Below are positions 10,324 to 18,699 of a DNA stretch of 64,000 nt, piece by piece. Every line of letters starts with the position of its first letter. The first letter of the stretch is position 1. Where the stretch lies: IMG/VR virus record IMGVR_UViG_3300007735_000804, positions 149,275-213,274 of that record. One strand, given 5' to 3'. The notes beneath the pieces were generated by a model. That model made no database searches. It was not told the DNA's origin and saw only the letters and a program-made list of their open reading frames with translations. A program made the position numbers and the translations under genes.

Positions 10324-10503
10324 CTACCACTTTCCTACAGGACACTTTTGACCAGAAAGTCTAACTTTTACAGGCATAAAGCATCCACACTTTTTACATT
10401 GACGAGTTGGTTTGAAAAAATGTTCACATTGTAAACAGAATTTCATTCTATCGACCGCTTGGCGATTTTCATTATTTTCGGTATTTTCGTTATCCATATC
10501 CAT
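10324..10503 (-). CDS. Small Cys-rich protein (59 aa; CxxC...CxxCGC...KCPxGKW, DUF6171-like); not in the ORF track
   Basis: Manual translation MDMDNENTENNENRQAVDRMKFCLQCEHFFKPTRQCKKCGCFMPVKVRLSGQKCPVGKW*, directly behind a perfect promoter. Confidence 0.8.
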   Translation of the reverse strand: MDMDNENTENNENRQAVDRMKFCLQCEHFFKPTRQCKKCGCFMPVKVRLSGQKCPVGKW

Positions 10504-10523
10504 AATCTTAAATGTTTTATTTT

Positions 10524-10552
10524 ATTATAAAATGTTTTGATTAATTTGTCAA
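10524..10552 (-). promoter_or_regulatory. Consensus sigma70 promoter
   Basis: TTGACA-aattaatcaaaacattt (17 nt)-TATAAT on minus, about 20 nt upstream of the Cys-rich ORF. Confidence 0.8.
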
Positions 10553-11103
10553 TTTGAATTATTTGATTCTGCTTCTAACTCTGCCTCTGCCTGTGCAAGA
10601 AGTTCTTCATCAGATAATGTTGTTAAAGATATCCCACCAGAAGTTAAAGGATTGTTTTCTCGTGCTTCAGTAATCAAATCCTCTACAGAAGTATTTGTTT
10701 TTTCTAAATAATCTTCTATAAAAGAATCAAGAACGTCAAGTAATCTAGTATCACCATTTCTTGCAAGATACTTTGAAATAGAATCTAAACTGAAAGGACG
10801 ATGTGATGTTCTTCCTGGAGTAAGAGGTTTTATCGCTATTCCATCTGGAGGAATTACAGGTTCTATTTTAATTGGCGTTGGATCATCAGTTTCTTTTCTT
10901 ACAGAGGATCTTTCTTGACCAATATAAACATCAGGATTGCAAACATCTTCTTGTTTTTTTATAAAATCTGGATCATATTTAGATACTTCATGATCAATAT
11001 CTTCTAAGCTAGCGCCAGGGGCAATTGGTACAATTGCCCAAGATCCATCTTCATATTCAACTTTAACTTGCCCTGGGGCAACATCTAAAATTTTGTATTG
11101 CAT
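10549..11103 (-). CDS. Hypothetical protein (184 aa) downstream of the second adhesin
   Basis: ORF track. Confidence 0.7.
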   Translation of the reverse strand: MQYKILDVAPGQVKVEYEDGSWAIVPIAPGASLEDIDHEVSKYDPDFIKKQEDVCNPDVYIGQERSSVRKETDDPTPIKIEPVIPPDGIAIKPLTPGRTSHRPFSLDSISKYLARNGDTRLLDVLDSFIEDYLEKTNTSVEDLITEARENNPLTSGGISLTTLSDEELLAQAEAELEAESNNSN

Positions 11104-11128
11104 AAAAAAAAATTAATTCTTGTATTAT

Positions 11129-11998
11129 TTATCCAACTCTTCCAAGACGAGTTCCTGTTGCGGACCAAGTAACATTGTTATCATTGACAATATAATAACC
11201 TGCTAAACCACCAGCGGCGCCAGCAGATCCAGCAGTATAATTACCATTTGCTCCAGTTCCACCATTTCCCCCAGATACTCCAAAAGTTCCACCATTGCCA
11301 CCAGTTCCCCCATTACCAGCATTTGTTCCGCCAGCAGCACCACCAGAACCATTAGTATTATTTCTTGCATATCCTTGACCTAATCCACCAGTACCCCCAG
11401 CACCTCCAGCATAATAGTTAGTCCCTGTACAAGTATCACAGCAAGTATAGCAGTTGCAGCATTGTCCTCCTTTACCACAACAATAGCAACCTCCGTCACC
11501 ACAACAAGTCTGACAACAACCACAATTGCAACACTCATGGCAATTACAATCATAGGTGTAGTTTTGATATCCTTGACCCCCAGTACCACCTTGTCCACCA
11601 CCACCTCCGCCACCATAAATGGTTCCTGCGTTATTAATCGTCACTGCAGATCCTGCATAAATTGCATTTCCTCCAGTTCCGCCATTGGCAGCACCACCAG
11701 CACCCTGAATAGAACCATTATTAACAAGAATGAGACTCCCAGACATGCTTGAATTTATGTACAAAGCATAATCTGATACATTAGGAGACCCAACAACTAC
11801 ACCTGAATTAATAGTAAGTCTTTTTGGAACATTAGATGTCCAATATGATCCAAATAAAACAGCAACGTTTACATTAATTGTATTGGTGGCAATAGTAGCG
11901 GAAGCTTCATAATCTCCATATATTGAAGATCTTGCCGAATATATACTTCCCATGTAATAAATTTTTACAGTATTAGGTGAATAAAAATTACTAGGCAT
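11129..11998 (-). CDS. Second glycine-rich gp38-like adhesin with a Cys-rich insertion
   Basis: INSGVVVGS, NNGSIQGAGG, NAGTIYGGGGGGG and a C-terminal AGYYIVN...W...GTRLG.V paralleling the 1537-2433 protein. Contains 18 Cys in residues encoded at 11429-11548. Confidence 0.8.
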   Translation of the reverse strand: MPSNFYSPNTVKIYYMGSIYSARSSIYGDYEASATIATNTINVNVAVLFGSYWTSNVPKRLTINSGVVVGSPNVSDYALYINSSMSGSLILVNNGSIQGAGGAANGGTGGNAIYAGSAVTINNAGTIYGGGGGGGQGGTGGQGYQNYTYDCNCHECCNCGCCQTCCGDGGCYCCGKGGQCCNCYTCCDTCTGTNYYAGGAGGTGGLGQGYARNNTNGSGGAAGGTNAGNGGTGGNGGTFGVSGGNGGTGANGNYTAGSAGAAGGLAGYYIVNDNNVTWSATGTRLGRVG

Positions 11999-12007
11999 AT
12001 AAGTTAT

Positions 12008-12451
12008 TTATTGTAACCCCAATAAGATCTTTAATTCTTCAACGGTTAATCCTGCACTTTCTAGTTTTTGTTCTGGTGTCAATTGTACTTCTGGTGCATC
12101 TTCTATTAACCAACTTTCACTAGCATTATCCCATTTAATTCTTTTTCTTAATTTTGGTTCTGGAGGATCTGGCGGTTGCTTTCTGGTTGCATTTGTCGGC
12201 AAAAAATTCGGATCATCAACCCATAGCTTCATTCTTGTATCAAGATCATACCAAGTTCCCCTATTGTCTTTAATAATCTTCCAGGATTGCCCATCAAATA
12301 TTGGAATATAACCTGGAGAATAATTTGGTGCTTGAATCATCGTTGCATGTGCTGGTATTAACCATACATCTGGTTCATCTAATGGTGAAGGATCAGCAAA
12401 ACCTTCAGAAGTAAAATACTTATACTCTGGGTGATAATTATAAATTTTCAT
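12008..12451 (-). CDS. Tail fibre assembly chaperone (Tfa-like)
   Basis: IYNYHPE...ADPSPLDEPDVWLIPAHAT...P...FDGQSWKIIKDNRG is the typical Tfa pattern, and the gene lies near the 3' end of a collar-domain fibre. Confidence 0.75.
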   Translation of the reverse strand: MKIYNYHPEYKYFTSEGFADPSPLDEPDVWLIPAHATMIQAPNYSPGYIPIFDGQSWKIIKDNRGTWYDLDTRMKLWVDDPNFLPTNATRKQPPDPPEPKLRKRIKWDNASESWLIEDAPEVQLTPEQKLESAGLTVEELKILLGLQ

Positions 12452-12460
12452 AATTTTAAA

Positions 12461-12931
12461 TTAAAAATAGTTTAAATTTATTACAACTCTAGCAGGAGCA
12501 TCCGTACAACTAGTACCACAGTGCTCTAAATTACTATCAAAAATAACAACTCTATTTGCAACACTATTTACCTTTTTTCCATTTTTAAATTTTGTATACC
12601 CATCGCAAGTATTAAGATAAAAGACCGCAGTTTTCATATTTGGAAAATCAATATGATAATCGTGTTCTTCTATTGTTTCTGTTCTTGGATTTAAATTTGC
12701 TTTAACTCTAACTAAAGATTGTACGTTGAGTTTTTCTCTCAAGCACAAAATATTTGAATACAAATGTGTTGGTTGATCGTATTGATAAAAGCAATGTGTA
12801 TTTTGATGGAATTTACTTCCAGTTGTAACAGATCCAAAAAACCAGGGAAAACTAGTCCCCATAACTAAACGACGAATCATATCAAATTGATTATGATTTA
12901 AAAAATCATCAATAATCTCAAAATTTGTCAT
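12461..12931 (-). CDS. 2OG-Fe(II) oxygenase (cyanophage type)
   Basis: HID motif, TAVFYLNTCDGYTKF, SVANRVVIFD, H.G, R.VINLNY. Confidence 0.8.
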   Translation of the reverse strand: MTNFEIIDDFLNHNQFDMIRRLVMGTSFPWFFGSVTTGSKFHQNTHCFYQYDQPTHLYSNILCLREKLNVQSLVRVKANLNPRTETIEEHDYHIDFPNMKTAVFYLNTCDGYTKFKNGKKVNSVANRVVIFDSNLEHCGTSCTDAPARVVINLNYF

Positions 12932-12949
12932 ATTAATCTCATAAAATAA

Positions 12950-12956
12950 TATTTAT
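12950..12956 (-). promoter_or_regulatory. Late promoter ATAAATA
   Basis: tatttat on plus, between the fibre stop and the oxygenase start. Confidence 0.55.
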
Positions 12957-12958
12957 GG

Positions 12959-15900
12959 TCAATATTTTATGCAAGGAAGAAGTGCTAGGTTACGTGGACG
13001 AGTTTCAGATCCACCAGCGGGATCAGTTGTCCAATCAGTATAGAATGGGTTATTATCATTGTCATTTCCTGTTCTTGAACCTGGATAGTAATTTGGCAAT
13101 CCAGAGTTACCATTATTTTCAGCGTAATAAAAGTTTCTAAAATTGTGAGCATGTGATTGAATATCTTGAGATTGGAATGATCCAAAGGTTCTTCCACCAT
13201 CTACACCTCTTCCACCATCCCAACCCCGAATGAATTCTCCACGCAAATCAGGAAGATTAAATGTTGTGCTACCATCACCTGCACCATAAGTAGTTCCAAG
13301 AATGGTAAACAATACAGAATACGTTGTTCTTGAAATTGCTGCACCATTACATGATAGATACCCAGTTGGAGCACTTGATGCTGCAAAATAAAATACAGAT
13401 CCAGTAGGAACAACACTGCTGCCTACTGAAGTGTCGTACCAAATGTCACCATCACAAAGACCAACTGGTTCTGTAGGTTGAACAAATCTTCTACCATATG
13501 CATTACTAGTTGACCCAATGCCAATAATATTACCACCAGTTACTGAAATTGGATTTGGACAAGCATATCCAATTTGATTTACGGTAACGTTACCACCACC
13601 GCCACCACTAATTGAAACATTCACTAATCCTGCAGATGGGCTTATTGCTGTAACTGCAGATCCAATGAAATTAATCGTTGTAATTCCAAGTTGAGTTCCT
13701 ACAGTTGCACCTTCTTCTTGAATTGTAATTCCTGCAATGCCACCAGCACTAGATACTGATTTCCATGTCCAACCGCCAGAACCATTTGCAGTTAAAACAA
13801 AATTATTAGTTCCAGTCCCACCGCCAGAATCTTGAATGCTAGATGGTTTTATACTTGGAACAGTAAGCAAATCAGTAGAAGGGGTGTATGTAATTGCAGA
13901 ATCTACAAATGCTGTGGTGATTCCACTAGTAACACTAGACAAAACTAGATATCTAGATGAACCACTAGTATCAGTCGTTACATTAAGACTTGATGCTACT
14001 CCAATTGTAATAGTATTTGGATCAGACCAAACAGGTGCATTACTTGTATCATTCCAAGTAAGAATTCTACCATTAGCATTTGGATCTGCTAAAAATGTGG
14101 TTGTATTTGACGCTGTTTGATATGGTATAGAACCTGCAGCACCACCTTTAAGATTTGTAGCAATGCCAGAGTTATCAGCATAATTTGCTTTATCGACAAT
14201 TAATCCAGTTGGATTGACCCAAGAAGGTGCTGAACCAGAATTATATTGAAGAAGTTGACCTGTAAGTGTTCCGTTTGATATGAATGCAGTTGTATTCGCT
14301 GCCGTCTGATAAGGTATTTGATAAGCAGCACCACCTTTAAGATTTGTAGCAATGCCAGCATTTGTAGCAATACCGGCATTATCCGCATAAGATGCTTTAT
14401 CTACACTTAATCCAGTTGGATTTACCCAAGAGGGTGCTGAAGTTCCATTGGATTGTAGTAGTTGTCCTGAAGTTCCATTAGGAATGAATGCAGTTGTATT
14501 TGCTGCCGTTTGATAAGGAATTTGAGACGCAATACCACCTTTAAGATTGGTAGCGATACCAGAGTTGTCAGCATAATTAGCCTTATCTACAGTAAGACCA
14601 GTTGGATTGACCCAAGAAGGTGCTGAACCAGAGTTATATTGGAGAAGTTGACCTGTAGTAGATCCATTAGGAATAAATGCAGTTATATTCGCTGCCGTCT
14701 GATAAGGTATTTGATAAGCAGCACCACCTTTAAGATTTGTGGAAATACCAGCATTGTTAGCATAGTTTGCTACGCTAAAATCAATACTTACATTAGATGC
14801 TGCTGTTACTCTACCTTTAGCATCTACTGTCAAAATACCCACTTGAGTTGCAGATCCATAAGTACCTGCTACAACACCACTATTACTTAAAATAGTAGTA
14901 ATGGTGACGTTCTGACTTCCATCAAACGTAGTACCAATACCAACACCAATTACATCACCATCAATATCAATATTTCTTGGTGTTGCCAGTCTGGTTGCAG
15001 TATCAGCATTTCCCGAAATAGCGCCCACGAAAGTGTTAGCGTAAACGTTATTCCATTTATTAGAAGTTGCACCTAAATTTAAAGTGCCATTTGTTGATGG
15101 AAGTACATTTCCACCAAATGTTGACACACCAGCGATATTTAATTGTTTGGAGAATAAATTAGGTCCAGTAACTGTTGCAATACCCGCAAATGTTGATAAA
15201 CCAGAAACAATGAGTTGAGATGTTGAAGTTCCGCTACCAGCTACTGTAAGGGTAGTTGTAGGGTTCGAAACATTGATCCCAAGAGAATTTGTGCTTGGAT
15301 TATAAACAATTTCACTATCAACTAATGCCGATGTAATACCACTGGTTCCACTTGATAAAAGTAAATATCTATCAATATTGGCATTATCAGTTGTTACTGT
15401 AAGACTTGATGCTGCACCAGTTAACGTTCCAATTATATTGGTAGCATAAAAATTATTCCAGCGAAATGATGGAGATCCTAAATTATAAGTGTTATCTACT
15501 GATGGAAGAATATTTCCTCCAAATGTTGATACACCAACGATTCTTATATTACCTTGAACATATAAAGATGATGTTGGATTTGCAGTTCCTATACCAATAT
15601 TACCAGAACTATTAATAACTAAATGATTTGCATTATCACTATTAGTAGCATTAAAGAAAATAGCATTATCCGCAGAAAGTAATCCAAATCTTGCTTTTTC
15701 TGTCCCTTGTCTAAAATATCTTACATAAGTTTGATCTTGTGCTGCTAAACCTCTATCAATTCTAAAGATACCTTGTAAATGCAAACTGTCTTGTGGATTT
15801 GTGGTCCCTATGCCAAGATTATTTGTGTTGGGGTTATAAACAATCCCATCATCAGAAAGTGCTGTCGTAATACCACTTGTTTTACTAGACAAGACAAAAT

Positions 15901-18022
15901 ATCTAGATGTATTTGCATCATCTGTAGTTACTGTAAGACTCGATGCCGCTCCAGTAATATTGCCAATTATATTATTGACATAAAAATTATCCCAACGAAG
16001 TGATGGAGATCCTAAATTATAAGTATTATCTGCTGATGGAGATACATTGGAACTAATTCGAGCATTAAATGTAACTGTATCACTATTAGCGTCTCCTAAA
16101 GTTACATTGCCTCCAACATTTAAATTCTTCTCAATACCAACACCACCTTCAACAACTAATGCCCCAGTATCTTTATTTGTAGACTCTGTAGTGTTTGATA
16201 TTGAAGTAATACCAGAAACAACTAGTTGATCATTAATTGATGTAGTGCCGCCAGAAGAATCAATTGTTAAATTACCTGTTGTTGTATCAATTGTATTATC
16301 ATTTGTAATTCCAATTTGAATATTATCAATATATGCTCCGGCGAGAGTACTAACCCCAACTACTCTCAAATTTCTAGTAGTGGTTATACCAGAAACACCT
16401 AAAGTTGCAACTGTAGCAACTCCACTTACGGTGAAGTCTCTTGTAGATACGATTCCTGTAAAGAAACCATTTCTAGCAAAAAGTTCGTCATAAAAAACAT
16501 CATCTTTTATGAATAAATCCCCACCAACATATAAATCACCACCAGTTGTCGTAATACCACCTAAAGTTGCTAAATTAACTGCTCCACCAACATTGAGACG
16601 TTTTTCAATACCAACACCACCTTCAACAATAAGAGCACCAGTATCTTTGTCCGTAGATTCAGTTGTATCATTGATATAAACGGCATCATTAATTTGGGTT
16701 GTTCCTAGAGCAGAATCTAAAATTAAATTTCCTGTTAAAGTACTAATAGTATTAGTATCTAATTTGATATTATCAAAAGTTCCAACACCAGTAACGTTTA
16801 AATTATTAACATTAACTATAGATGAAAATGTTGAAACACCACTAACATTTAATTGATTAAGAGTAAGAGTTTGATAAACTTGAAGATTTTGAGTTGTTGT
16901 AAGACCAGTGACTCCTAGATCGCTATTAATATTGACCTTTTGTAAAAAGGTTGATACTCCAGTTACATATAAATTCGTAACATCTATAGCGCCAATAAAT
17001 TTTGATGCTGTTACAATACCAGCAAAATATGCATTTGTACCAGTTATAAAACCTAATGTTGCAATACCAGATACAACAAGATTACGAGTTGTAGTTGTCC
17101 CTGTTACGCCAAGAGTTGAAACCGCAAGATTATCAACTGTGACACCGCCTCTAAAACTAGATATTCCTAAAACATCTAGTAAAACTCTTGGTTGCGTAGT
17201 TCCAATACCAATTCGATTATTGTTATCATCAAACACAAAATTGGGAGCACCACCAATTAAACCAGCACTGTTATGAAATTGTATGTTTTGATATGTACCA
17301 CCAGCACCTGCATTAATTGTTCCAGGATTTGTCCAATTCAATCCACCAAAATTATTTTTAACTAAAATTTGAGAATTAGTTCCTGGTTGATTATTGGAAT
17401 CATAAATTGTTCCAGTTAATCTTAAATCTCCTTGAATATGAAGTTCTTGTGTTGGATTTGTGGTTGCTATACCAACCAAACCATCAAGAGTTGTAGTAAT
17501 TACAGTGCCGCCAGCACCAACAAAAATCCTATCACCAGCAGATAAGAGTCCTGTAGGTGAATCAAAAGTAAGTTTTGATGAGGTTGAAAATTCATTTGAT
17601 GCATTGAATAAAAGTTCTTTATTATTTCCAGGAGCAAATACAGTAATTGTGACTGCTACACCTGGAGAACTATCAGGATTTAAATAACCTTTGGCAGAAA
17701 CCGCTGCACCAACAAAATTTAATTGAGTAATACTACTCAATCCACCAGTCGGAGTTAAAACTCCATCGTCAAATACACTAATTGAACCAGGAATGATGCC
17801 ACCCTGATTTATAATCCAATATCTATCAGTCGCACCAGATCCAACAGAGGCAAGAATATATTGAGTTCCTGGGGGTATAGGCTTTGCTCCAATAGAAGAT
17901 GGACCTACTAATGGATTGCCAAGATTTGGTTCTACTTCATCAGTATACAAATACTTGTATCTATCGTTGCGTAATTGTTCTTGCGGGGTTAGTCTAGTAC
18001 GACCCGATAAGTAACGTGGCAT
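12959..18022 (-). CDS. Long tail fibre protein (1687 aa) with C-terminal phage tail-collar domain
   Basis: C-terminal VPTGSVFYFAASSAPTGYLSCNGAAISRTTYSVLFTILGTTYGAGDGSTTFNLPDLRGEFIRGWD...ETRPRNLALLPCIKY is the collar signature. Multiple internal repeats are present. Confidence 0.88.
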   Translation of the reverse strand: MPRYLSGRTRLTPQEQLRNDRYKYLYTDEVEPNLGNPLVGPSSIGAKPIPPGTQYILASVGSGATDRYWIINQGGIIPGSISVFDDGVLTPTGGLSSITQLNFVGAAVSAKGYLNPDSSPGVAVTITVFAPGNNKELLFNASNEFSTSSKLTFDSPTGLLSAGDRIFVGAGGTVITTTLDGLVGIATTNPTQELHIQGDLRLTGTIYDSNNQPGTNSQILVKNNFGGLNWTNPGTINAGAGGTYQNIQFHNSAGLIGGAPNFVFDDNNNRIGIGTTQPRVLLDVLGISSFRGGVTVDNLAVSTLGVTGTTTTRNLVVSGIATLGFITGTNAYFAGIVTASKFIGAIDVTNLYVTGVSTFLQKVNINSDLGVTGLTTTQNLQVYQTLTLNQLNVSGVSTFSSIVNVNNLNVTGVGTFDNIKLDTNTISTLTGNLILDSALGTTQINDAVYINDTTESTDKDTGALIVEGGVGIEKRLNVGGAVNLATLGGITTTGGDLYVGGDLFIKDDVFYDELFARNGFFTGIVSTRDFTVSGVATVATLGVSGITTTRNLRVVGVSTLAGAYIDNIQIGITNDNTIDTTTGNLTIDSSGGTTSINDQLVVSGITSISNTTESTNKDTGALVVEGGVGIEKNLNVGGNVTLGDANSDTVTFNARISSNVSPSADNTYNLGSPSLRWDNFYVNNIIGNITGAASSLTVTTDDANTSRYFVLSSKTSGITTALSDDGIVYNPNTNNLGIGTTNPQDSLHLQGIFRIDRGLAAQDQTYVRYFRQGTEKARFGLLSADNAIFFNATNSDNANHLVINSSGNIGIGTANPTSSLYVQGNIRIVGVSTFGGNILPSVDNTYNLGSPSFRWNNFYATNIIGTLTGAASSLTVTTDNANIDRYLLLSSGTSGITSALVDSEIVYNPSTNSLGINVSNPTTTLTVAGSGTSTSQLIVSGLSTFAGIATVTGPNLFSKQLNIAGVSTFGGNVLPSTNGTLNLGATSNKWNNVYANTFVGAISGNADTATRLATPRNIDIDGDVIGVGIGTTFDGSQNVTITTILSNSGVVAGTYGSATQVGILTVDAKGRVTAASNVSIDFSVANYANNAGISTNLKGGAAYQIPYQTAANITAFIPNGSTTGQLLQYNSGSAPSWVNPTGLTVDKANYADNSGIATNLKGGIASQIPYQTAANTTAFIPNGTSGQLLQSNGTSAPSWVNPTGLSVDKASYADNAGIATNAGIATNLKGGAAYQIPYQTAANTTAFISNGTLTGQLLQYNSGSAPSWVNPTGLIVDKANYADNSGIATNLKGGAAGSIPYQTASNTTTFLADPNANGRILTWNDTSNAPVWSDPNTITIGVASSLNVTTDTSGSSRYLVLSSVTSGITTAFVDSAITYTPSTDLLTVPSIKPSSIQDSGGGTGTNNFVLTANGSGGWTWKSVSSAGGIAGITIQEEGATVGTQLGITTINFIGSAVTAISPSAGLVNVSISGGGGGNVTVNQIGYACPNPISVTGGNIIGIGSTSNAYGRRFVQPTEPVGLCDGDIWYDTSVGSSVVPTGSVFYFAASSAPTGYLSCNGAAISRTTYSVLFTILGTTYGAGDGSTTFNLPDLRGEFIRGWDGGRGVDGGRTFGSFQSQDIQSHAHNFRNFYYAENNGNSGLPNYYPGSRTGNDNDNNPFYTDWTTDPAGGSETRPRNLALLPCIKY
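14100..14770 (-). repeat. Three to four tandem ~59-aa modules (ANYADNxGIATNLKGGAAYQIPYQTAANTTAFI...GQLLQ...PSWVNPTGL)
   Basis: Seen in the translation, with near-identical DNA blocks such as gataaggtatttgataagcagcaccacctttaagatttgt. Confidence 0.8.
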
Positions 18023-18024
18023 AA

Positions 18025-18696
18025 TTATGCGGTACTATTTTCAAGAATACTACAAATAAATTCCATCTGAAGTGGTCCTACATTGCCGCCACTCAAATAG
18101 GTATGTGCAATCCCAACTACTTTTCCAGAATTAGTTACAAAAGTTCTAGATGTTCCAACTGTATCGACAATAGAAGTGACAGTAAAAGATTGTTGGGGAG
18201 ATGGGAAAATTGTTGTTGTAAGTCCAAATGAACCACTACAAGTAAATGCCAAACCACTCATTGTGACTTCATCACCAACACTAAAATTATGAGGACTGAT
18301 TGTAGTTATTGTTGTTATACCAGTATTATGATCATACTTACAGTTAGTAATTGATACTATTCCAGATTGAACTCCTCTAATTACAATAGAATCAGTAATA
18401 ACTGGGGTTTTTTCCAATACTAATCTACCATCAATAATTACTAAGGTGTCTTGTGGTGGAACTTCAACATTCTTGACAACTCTTATATCTCTTGTATTTC
18501 CTGCAGTTCTGGAAGATGTACTTTTTCGTCTATGCGTTAATGTAACGGTTGGATATGTATTGCCAATGCCGACGTTTGCAACTTGAGCATAAAGAAGAAT
18601 TGCAGAGACTCCTGTAGGAGTTGTATATACAATATTTTCTCCTGGAGCAACTGGAACTGCAATGGTTAAAAACTTATTAAGTGGTGCAACTGCCAT
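18025..18696 (-). CDS. Conserved cyanomyophage virion/baseplate-associated protein
   Basis: MAVAPLNKFLTIAV...YTTPTGVSAILLYAQVANV; located in the structural operon. Confidence 0.7.
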   Translation of the reverse strand: MAVAPLNKFLTIAVPVAPGENIVYTTPTGVSAILLYAQVANVGIGNTYPTVTLTHRRKSTSSRTAGNTRDIRVVKNVEVPPQDTLVIIDGRLVLEKTPVITDSIVIRGVQSGIVSITNCKYDHNTGITTITTISPHNFSVGDEVTMSGLAFTCSGSFGLTTTIFPSPQQSFTVTSIVDTVGTSRTFVTNSGKVVGIAHTYLSGGNVGPLQMEFICSILENSTA

Positions 18697-18699
18697 ATT

